From: a virus
Lineage: Duplodnaviria > Caudoviricetes
Length of the DNA stretch: 61,584 bases
Strand: one strand, 5' to 3'
IMG/VR virus record: IMGVR_UViG_3300025759_000098
Location: 1-61,584 of that record
Shown here: positions 29,038-39,500 of the stretch, one piece after another
Numbering within the stretch: position 1 is the stretch's first letter
Layout of the letters: each line of letters begins with the position of its first letter
Notes under the pieces: model-generated
Databases searched by the model: none
Seen by the model: the letters and a program-made list of their open reading frames with translations, nothing else
What the model was told of the DNA's origin: nothing
Program-made: the position numbers and the translations under genes

Positions 29038-30492
29038 ATGGCAGAAGATAATTACACTCCAAGACTTACAGGCATAGGTGCTAGCACGCAACAACAGTTG
29101 TTAACAGGTGCTTATAATATAGCTAGAGCTAACGCCCCTAGATATGACACTTTAAATTTAATAGGACAAGGTATTGAGTCTTTTTCTAAAGAAGTAGAAA
29201 ACCGTAGAGCTGATAATAAAGCAAAGAAAGATTTAATTATTGGTAAGATAGATGGTATAGTAGACGGCATATACGAAAAAGGTGGTAGTATGCCACAGGG
29301 ATATTATGACCAAGCTTATGACTATGCTAATCAATTAAGGGAAGAATACATACTAGCTGAAGAATCAGGAGATAAAAAAAGAGCTGCTCAAATAAGAGGG
29401 CAGCTAAATACATTTTCTACCTCTGTACAAACTACTAAAAAATCTTTAGAACAATATGGTGAAACTTGGAGAGAAGATGCTTTGATACCTAAAGAAAACA
29501 TGACGCCAGGTCAATTAAATGTATTAAATTCTTTTACAGAAGGAAATGCTGTTTTAATTGATGGTGTTTTTCAATGGAAAAATAATAATTACGATCCAAA
29601 TAATCCTAACTCAAAAGAATATTTTACAGAAAAAGATCTTGACAAAGCGCTTCCACTTAGAGACGACATAACAAAAGAAGCGTATTTAAAAAACAATAAC
29701 GCGGTGTTAGAAAATAGAGAAAAATGGTTAAATGGCGAAGGTGGTGATTTTGATTACAGATCAAATTACAATAAGAACATGAAGCTTATAGACAACTCTA
29801 TTCAAACAAACGGTATACAATCTTTATTATATGATGATGTAACAGGCCAGGGATCTTTTGCTAGCACTTTTGAAGGTGACACACCACATCCTGATTATAC
29901 AAACTTCTTTGAAAACATGATGACTGAAGACGGTTTGAAAAATGTTAAAGCAATAGGTCTTTACGATAATTCAGGAGATGGTATTATTGGTTACGAAGAT
30001 TTTATTGATATGAGTGTTATACCTGGTTATTCTGAGATGGATACAGATGGTACGCCTGGTATATCTAATGCTGAGTTAATAGCGGCAATTGAAAAAGATC
30101 CTAGTCTAGAAGATAAATTAAAAGACTTAGTTGCACCAAAAATAAAAGACGCTTTATTAAACATAGATAACCCTAGCTACGACGAAAACACAACAAAAAA
30201 ATTGTTAAATGATTTTTTAACTAACAGACAGCGTCAAATGTTTTATGGTGGTGATTCTGAAACTTATAAAACTTTAGTTCCAAATCCTGGCGGTAGAAGT
30301 GCTGATAGTGAAAATTATTACAGAAAAGGTAAGCTTTATATCAACGGAGAAGAAATAACATCTTTAGAACAGTACACGAAAATGGGTGGTAGTTATACAC
30401 ACTTAAAAGACCAAGGTTATATTTGGGATGATAACGATGGCAAGTGGAAACAAACTAAATCATTTACCAAACCGAGTAAAGTAAAATATTAA
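29038..30492 (+). CDS. Putative ejection protein with EF-hand-like loops
   Basis: 484 aa; DNSGDGIIGYED and DTDGTPGISNAE loops; lies between ejection-like gene and giant gene. Confidence 0.55.
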   Translation: MAEDNYTPRLTGIGASTQQQLLTGAYNIARANAPRYDTLNLIGQGIESFSKEVENRRADNKAKKDLIIGKIDGIVDGIYEKGGSMPQGYYDQAYDYANQLREEYILAEESGDKKRAAQIRGQLNTFSTSVQTTKKSLEQYGETWREDALIPKENMTPGQLNVLNSFTEGNAVLIDGVFQWKNNNYDPNNPNSKEYFTEKDLDKALPLRDDITKEAYLKNNNAVLENREKWLNGEGGDFDYRSNYNKNMKLIDNSIQTNGIQSLLYDDVTGQGSFASTFEGDTPHPDYTNFFENMMTEDGLKNVKAIGLYDNSGDGIIGYEDFIDMSVIPGYSEMDTDGTPGISNAELIAAIEKDPSLEDKLKDLVAPKIKDALLNIDNPSYDENTTKKLLNDFLTNRQRQMFYGGDSETYKTLVPNPGGRSADSENYYRKGKLYINGEEITSLEQYTKMGGSYTHLKDQGYIWDDNDGKWKQTKSFTKPSKVKY

Positions 30493-30502
30493 AATTAAAT
30501 AA

Positions 30503-33500
30503 ATGAGTACAGAGTTTTTATATAGCGGACTGGTTGAAGACAATCTTACCGATAGATCTTTTGAAGATTTTAAAAATCATTATTCTAATGAAGGTAATCA
30601 AAAATATCTTTACAATGGACTTATTGGAGATGGTAGTTTTAAAGGTAGTTTTCAAGACTTTAAAAATAAATATTTTCCTGGCACGGTAAGTACTCAGCCA
30701 CAAACAACAACTTCATCACGTAAAAAATCAACTAAAACAAAACAACCAGAACAACCAGAACAACAAGAACCTACTTTTGTAAATGAAGATTTTTGGAAAA
30801 CACAAAAGTACGCTAGAGAAGACTACATACGTAAAGATGGTAAATGGTACTACAAAAATCCAAAAAGCGGTAAAGAAGTAGAAATATCTAAAATATCACC
30901 AAATCAAAAGCAAGCAAACTCTGGAACTATACAACGTTACGAGGAACTTGAAAAAGAACGTAAAGCAGAGCTTGAATATAAAAAATCTAAATTAGAATTA
31001 GAGCAAGAGGTATTAAGTGGAAAAGAAAACAAAACAGAAGAAGATATACAAAAACAATTAGAGCTTGAAAATCAATTAAATTCATTAGATCAACAATCTA
31101 CTTCGGATGAAAACAAAAAGCTTTTAGAAAACAAAAAGCTAGGTAGTATAAAAATGCGTGAAGTAACAAAAGATATTACCGAACTAGATGACGAAGACTC
31201 AATAGCTTTGTTAAACAAACAGTACGCTGAATACGGTTTTACTTTTAGAGTTGATGAAGATTTTGAAGATAAAGTACTTGTAACTTCTATATACAATGAA
31301 AATGGAGAGTTAAAGCAAACGCAAGAGTACTTTACTTTTGACCAAGGGTTTTTCATGGATGATGACGAGGCTAATAGTGCAGAAGCAAAACGTATGGATA
31401 ATTGGATGCGTAGCCGTGCTGTTAAAGGTACAAGTGCAAAAACGTTGCAAAGCACCTTTGCTGAAGATAAAACAGATGAACAAAGAAAAGAAGAGGGTAG
31501 TAATAGCATAAGTAAAAATATTAGAGACGATGAAACTACGAAGTATATAAATAACAATAGAAGTAACATACCTTTTAAACTTAGTGATTTTGACAAAGAT
31601 AATTTACCAGAAGGTCTTGAAAAAATAGTAAATGATTATTGGGATGGTGATATAGATGCTTTGCTAGAATATATGTATGGTCATAAGTATACCTCTACAA
31701 TAGTAGAAGGTAAGAGTAGTATGCCTGTTAAAGATAGAAGTGATAAATACTTAAAAGGTTCTAAACAAGAACAAGTGCAATATTTTGGAGGTGGAACTAT
31801 GATAAATTACGATGGATTTAATAAAGACACTTCAAGAAAAAAAGATATAGAACAAGGTATATTAAACTATGCTATATCTCAATGGCAAAAAGAAAATCCA
31901 GGCGTTGAGTTTGATCAAAAAAACCCAGAGCATTACGGAAGTGTAAAAGAAATTCAAAGTGTAGCCGAGCAAGAATGGCAGAATTTATCTAAACCTGAGA
32001 ACGAAGAGGTTATGCTTGAAAGTGACATTTATAAAAATATTATAGAAACATCAGCAGCAACCATTAAGGCTAGTGATATACGGAAAAATATTAAGGATTA
32101 TGTTGAGGATCAAGATGGTAATGCGTTTTCTAGAGGTGTTTCTCAATTAATGTCTGGTGAGGCAGCTACAAAAGAGTTTGACGCGTTACAAGAAAAATCT
32201 AAAAAATTATTAAACGAAAAATCCGCTATTGAAGAGTCTATAACTGTTTCTGACACAAAATTAAAAGAAACATTAAAGTGGTTTGAGAACAACGATATAA
32301 AAGCTCAAATAGAAGAAATACGTAATAAAAAATATACTACACAACAAGAAGTTGACGCGGCTCAAGATAAAATAGAGACATTACAAAATACTTATAATTC
32401 AAAAATCAAAGATTATAACGATGCGAAGTTTGAAATGGAGCAATCTGTTATAGCTGCTAAAACTTTACAAAGAGAGTTTGTTGATGTTATAGAAGACAGA
32501 GAGGATTTTGAGGAAATATCTAAGTATCTTAATCAAAATTATCAATGGGGTACTATGACGGTAGAAGCGCTTGGTGATGCTGGTGCTGATTTACTTCAAT
32601 CTTTAGGTACTGCCGTAGAAGTTGTTGCCAACCTACCTGGTCTTGTTAATAGAGAGTTTGCTAGAACTTTACTAGATTATGGCGCGGCAAATCCTGACTC
32701 TGCTATAGGTGGTTTTATAAACTCACCAACCGTTACAAGTGGTTTACGAGGTGTTGAAAAAGTAGGTGACGCGATGACAAATAGTAGATTTGACGATGAT
32801 CCTACTACTAGATCTTTACCACAAAAACTCCACGATGCTATTGATAAGTTTCAAGAGTCTAATATAATGAACGTTGCTGATCCAACTGCTTTTGGTGATA
32901 TAGATGGGTGGGGAGATTTTGGTAAATGGACATCTACTATGTTGGCTAGTCAAGCTCCACAGCTTGCTATGATTATAGCTAGTGGTGGTTCTTCTGCATT
33001 AACTCAATCTGCTTTATTAACTGCTAGCGCTGCGGGCTCAAAGTTTTCTGGTATGGAAGAACAAAGAGACTTATACCTTCAGACTGGAGGTTTATATGGA
33101 AAAGATTATAGCTTTGGTAACATGATACTTAGTAGTACTGCAGTTGGTTTGGCTGAAGCCTTATCTGAAAGAGTAACAATAGGACAGCTTAAAAATGTTT
33201 CAAAAGCATTAAAAAGATCTAACTTAGAGCTAATTGAAGCAGGAGCTAAAGGTGTTAAAAGAGGTTTTAATAAAGAGTTTATAGGAGGTTATACTAAACA
33301 CATGATGAACACTGTGTTTAATCCTAAATTAATGCTTGCCGCCGGGTACGATAGACTTCAAGAGGGTGTATCTGAATCTTTAGCTACTATGTCTGAAAAT
33401 TTAGTAGATATATTCAACGGTGAAGATGTTAGTATATTTGACAACGTTGATCAAGCTTTCGTAAGTGGAACTATAATGTCTCAAGCTATTAATACTCCAG

Positions 33501-36500
33501 TAGTGTTTAATCACATGGCCGCTCCTTTTAGATCAGTTAATACTCAAAGTATACTAGATAGAAACACAGCGCGTATGGACCAGTTGTTACAAGAGATACA
33601 TTTATACAACAATAACCCAGCTAAAGAACAAGAGCTTATTAACGAATACAAAGACTTGAAAGAAGAGTCTATGAGAGTCATGGAGCTGGATGTTAAGAGA
33701 GTTGATGCTATGACTGAGTTTGAAAAAGGTAAACTTATAGAAGTACATAAAAACACAAATAGATTAAAAAAAGAAGTTAATGATTTACAAAAGAAACTTG
33801 ACAGCGGCGAAATAACGCAAGAGCAAGCTAACCAACAGTACAAAGATTTAGAAAACCAATTTAAACGTATCGATAGTCAAAAGCAACAAATATTAGACAA
33901 GTATGATGTAAACTTTATAAATACTACTTATGAAAAAACCATGAATAGTATGAGGCAAAGAGCTAAAGAAATAAGCGATGCTTCTGGCGCTAGTATAAAT
34001 ATAAACATCCAAGAAGGTAACGATGGAACTTTTACGCAGTGGCAAATAGAAAACGGAGGTTATACAGTTACTGAAAGTGATGCTAACGGAAACCCGACTA
34101 GAATTATAATGAAAGAAAATACTAGAAAGGGTAAAATTAAAGAGTTTAAAAACCAATTAAACGATCCTAATTTAACAAACAAAGAAAGATCTGCAATTGA
34201 AAGTAATTTAAAAGTTTTAGAAAGTGGTGTTGACGTAGGTATGGATATAAACCAGTACAACCAAATAATGAACGACTCAAGTAATTATGGTTCGTTTGTT
34301 CCTAAGTACGATAACGATGGGAATTACATAGGTCAAGAAATATTTATAAATAAAAATGCCGCTCACGATGGTGGAGAGTTTTCTATAGCTGCTCACGAGT
34401 TCATGCATGGTATGTTGTACTCTACGTTAAAAGGAGATATGAGAACTCAAAACGCTTTAACTAATACTATTTTAAATACATTAGAACAAAAAGGTGTTAA
34501 GGTACCAGAAGGTGTTATGAACAAAATAAATTCATACGCACAAGACGGCACAAGAGGAGAGGAGATAATGACAGTTTTATCACAAGCTATTAGTGATGGT
34601 GATATTAAGCTACCTAAGACTGCTTTAGGAGGGTTTAAAAACTTTTTCCGTAGATATGGTTATAATCATCAAGGAGCTGCTATAGAGTTTGATACAGATC
34701 AAGACATAATAAACTTCTTAAAAGATTATACTTACTCTATGAAAAACAACAAGCAGAACAAAGCTTTAACAAACATGTTTATTCATGGTGCTTCTGGTAA
34801 GCTTATAGAGAAACAACAACGTTATAGAGACCTAAGAAAAAAGTATAGAGAAAATGCAGCCGAAAGAAACAATCAAGCTATGTTTTCTAAAAACGTAGAA
34901 CAAGTAATAAAAAGCCAACCTGACTTAATGTCAGAGATAGACTCTCTTGTTAAGAACGCAGACGGCACACCAAAATATAAAACTCAAAATGAATTTATAA
35001 ATTCTATAGATGGTGGTGAAGCTTATAATTTAATAACAAATACTAAAAAGCTAGATGGTTTAATTCAAGCTGGTATTATGGCACAGGGCATAAATACGCC
35101 TCAAGCTATAGGTGAGTTTACTAGAAACGTAAAAGATAAACTAGGTGAGAGATTATTAAAGAACTTTGACCCAGCTAAAAACGATAGTTTGTTTGGTTGG
35201 TTAACTGGTGTCTCAGGTGGTGCTGGGCAATCAATTATTTACAGAGCAAAAGGTGATGTAATGGTTGATTATAAAAAACAATTACAAACTACTTCTGCTG
35301 ACGTAGGTGTAAGAACTGATACCGGCGAAACAATAGGTACTCAGTTTGAAGCAGATGTAGATACTGATGTACAAGCTTTTGAAAATGAAATTATAATACC
35401 AGGTTCTAATGTTAGAGTTGATAAAAATCAAACTGATGTAGTATTTTTAGAAAGTGTAAATGCAAAAGTTACTAAAACAAAAATAGATAATATAGTACAA
35501 GACTCTGGTATAAACTTAAAAGGACTTACATACAACGGTACAAAGAAAATGCTAGTACAGCATGATGGTGGTAAACCAAAGTCAAAGCGTAAACCTACTG
35601 GTCCTTTATATGGCGCTCTTCAATCAACTAGTAATTTGTTCGGTGTTGACCCATTACGTATAATAAAAGAACAAGATTTAACAGCCACGCAAAGAGAACT
35701 TGCTAGAGATTTTATAAAAGAAAATACACAACAGTTAATAGATATGTTACCTGAAGGAGAAAACAGAAGTGGTGATGCGACAGGTGTTGCTAATACTGTT
35801 TTAAAAGAATTTTACGTTGAAGGCGAAAGAATATCAATGGCTGAAAGTGGTAGTGCTAAGGGTAAAAAGAGACAAACAAAAAGAGACAACATAACGACAC
35901 AAGAGTTTATAGAGTTTTTTAATAAGCCAGGTACAAAATCAGATGGAGCAATAAGAGCTTTAATAGTGCAATCGGCAACAATAGCTTCTAATCAGGCAAT
36001 AAGACAAAATGCTATAGAAAAATCTACTGATCCATTTAGTGACATAGCACTAGTTGGAGATGGTAAGTCTGCTGTTATGTTTAGTAAAAGAAATAATATA
36101 CCTAATTTAAAAAATGCTGATAAAATACCTAACTACAAAAGATTAGGCGCTTTTGATGCAAGACTAAACGAACAAAAAAGAAATATATTTTGGAACAGAG
36201 TAGAACAATTAGCTGGTACCATATCTGCTAACAACGCTGTTCCACTTAGAAACAAACAAGGTGATATTGTTAATGAAGATTTATCTAGACGATCTATAAA
36301 AGAAATGGTAACTGATGTTTATAGAGACGTATTTACACAGTCGGAAATAAATGAATTAGCTGATAGTATTTATGATGTTGTTTCTTCTAAGTCCTTAAAA
36401 TACAGCGTTGAGATTGAAGGTAAAATTAAAAACAGAACACCCAAGCTTAACAAGGATGGAAGTTATAGTGTGGAACAGCAAGGTGCTATAGTAGAAGCTC

Positions 36501-39500
36501 TGTATACATCCAAGCAAGACGCTAACACCAAAATATCTAGCTTTGTAGGAGCAGGAGTAACTACGGCAAGTTTAGGTAATGATACAGATTTAATGAACGT
36601 GTCTAGAGCTAGAATCAAAACCTATATTGATACTAGAGTAGATGAAATTAAAAAAGAATATGCTGGACAAGGTGACGCTGTTATTGGTGGGCAGATAATA
36701 AAAATGTTATCAGAACAAATGGACCAGCACGTTACGGCTGGTAAAGTTTGGGATGGTAGACAACAATTGTTTGCTGCTACGCCTGACTTTGTTTTAAACG
36801 TAGCTTCTAAAATACCAGGTTTAAACTTTGCTATCAAGGTTGCTAAAGATGGTAAAACTGAAATAGATATTAAAACAGCAACTTATGACTCTAATAGTAA
36901 TATAACTAGAAGTTTTGATAATTTATTATCTACAGATACTAGAAGTAAAAGATCAGAAAAATTAAGTCAAAAAGATGTTAGCAAAAGAAAAAGCTCTGTA
37001 TTTACAAAGCTTGATCCTAATTTACCAGGCACAGCTATACAACAACAAAGATTTAAAAATTATCCTCAGTCAGGACCAAGTTTAATAGCAGATTTTATTT
37101 TTGATAAAAACAAAGTTTTAGAAAGAAAACAAGACGCTTTAAATGCACAGTTAGAATTAAACAATTTTGTTAGGTTTGTAGCTAAAGAATACAAAGAAGG
37201 TAGGATGTCGGAAAGAGAATTACAGGTTCACATGGCTACGTTGCTTTCTAATATGAAACCTACTTTAGCAAGAGCAGCTATGCCTAAGTATATAGCTAAA
37301 AGCTTATTGCCTGATGGTTATCAAGAAATGACCAAAAAAGAAATACAAGATTATTTGAAAAACACAGGCGCCGTGTACGAACACATGCAACCTAGAGTTG
37401 GTATGATTATACATTTGTTTAACCAACATATAAATGGCAACGGTGTAACAGACGTGCAGGTTCCTGATTTCTTTTCAAGGTATAACATAGCTATTATACC
37501 TGAAGCTATGGATAAAAAAGCTATAAATGCAGTTGGATTAAGAGAATCTTTAGCCACAGGACAAACAATGACTATGCCAGAGTGGATGAGATACTATAAC
37601 GTTGATACAGAGCAGAAGATGGAACATCTAGATAGTTTAATAGATATTGACACTGGAGTAGAATTAGAGCCTACTGCTCACATAAGTAAAACTAAAGAAA
37701 TATTAAATACTCAACGTAGTGAATCTATAATGTTTAGCAAAGCTGTTAACAATGCTAATGCTATAAACGAAAATACGCCATCAAGAGGTGCTTCTGTATT
37801 TGACTTTGATGAAACATTAATTGATAAAGGTGAAAACATTATTGTTGCTACTAACCCAGAGACAGGTGACAAAGTAGAAATAAGTAGTGGACAATGGCCT
37901 ATACAAGGACCTAAGTATGCGGAGCAAGGTTATAGTTTTGATTTTAGTGATTTTACATTTGTTAAAGGTGGTGTTGAGGGGCCGTTATTACAGAAACTTA
38001 GAAATAGAATAAAAAAGTTTGGACCTGAAAACAACTACGTTTTAACAGCTAGACCAGCTGATGCAGCTCCGCACATACACGAATGGTTAAAGTCAAAAGA
38101 TATAAACATACCATTAGAAAATATTACAGGATTAGGTAACAGTACTGGTGAGGCTAAAGCTTTATGGATGGCTCAAAAGTATTCTGAGGGTTATAATGAC
38201 ATGTATTTTGTAGACGATGCTATGCCTAATGTTGACGCTGTTAAAGACATAATGGATCAGCTAGATATTAAAGGTAAATCTGTTCAAGCTAAAATTAAAT
38301 TTAGTAAAAGAATTAAATCTGAGTTTAGTAACATAATAAATAAAGCTGCGCAACAAGAAATGGATCTTGATTTTAATAGAATCTTAGAACAAACTAAAGG
38401 CGTAAAGGCTGAGTCTAGATTTTCTGATGCACAAGCAAAAGTTAGAGGTAGTAAAAAAGGTAAGTACGCTTTCTTTGTTCCACCATCAGCCGAAGATTTT
38501 AAAGGTTTAATATATAGATTTTTATCTAAGGGTAAAGTTGGTGAACAACAAATGGCTTTCTTTAAAAAGGCTCTGTTTGATCCTTTTGGTAGAGCAACAA
38601 CTTCTATTGATATTCAAAAACAAAAAATACAAAACGAGTATAGACAATTATTAAAACAGTTTCCTGATGTAAAGGCAGATTTAAACGAGGTTATATACAA
38701 CAACTTTACGTTGGGACAAATGATAAGAGTTTACAATTGGAACAAGGCTGGTTTTGAAATACCTGGTTTATCACAAAGAGATTTAAACAATATAGTAAAA
38801 GAAATGGAAGCAGACGCAGAGGCTTTAGCCTTTGCTAATTCACTAGGTATAATAACAAATCAAAACGATGGTTATATAGAACCTGGAGAGTTTTGGTTAG
38901 TAGAAAACATACAAAGTGATTTAAACAAAATTACAAACGAGATAAACAGAGATTTACATCTACAGGAGTTTAAACAAAATAGAGAAAAAATATTTGGCGA
39001 GTGGCAAGGTGATAGACTTGTTGGTCCTAATATGAATAAAATAGAAGCTATATATGGTTCTAATTTTAGAGAGGCTCTTGAAGATATATTGTACCGTATG
39101 GAGTATGGTACTAAAAGAAACAAAGGTAACAATAGACTTGTAAACGCTTTTAACAATTGGGCTAACCAATCAGTTGGTGCAATCATGTTCTTTAACATGA
39201 GGTCAGCTTTACTACAAACTATATCTTCTGTTAACTATTTAAACTGGTCAGACAATAATCCTTTAAAAGCTGGTTTAGCATTAGCTAACTTCCCACAGTT
39301 TTTAAAAGACTTTTCAATGATATTTAACTCTGATATGTTAAAGCAAAGACGTGCTGGTAACCAAAGGGGTATTAATGAAGCTGAACTTGCTCAAGCTGTA
39401 GGTGGTGTTGGTGTGGCTAACAGAGTTAAAGCTATGTTGAACTGGTTACTAACAAAAGGATTTTTACCTACACAAATAGCAGATAGTTTTGCTATTGCTT

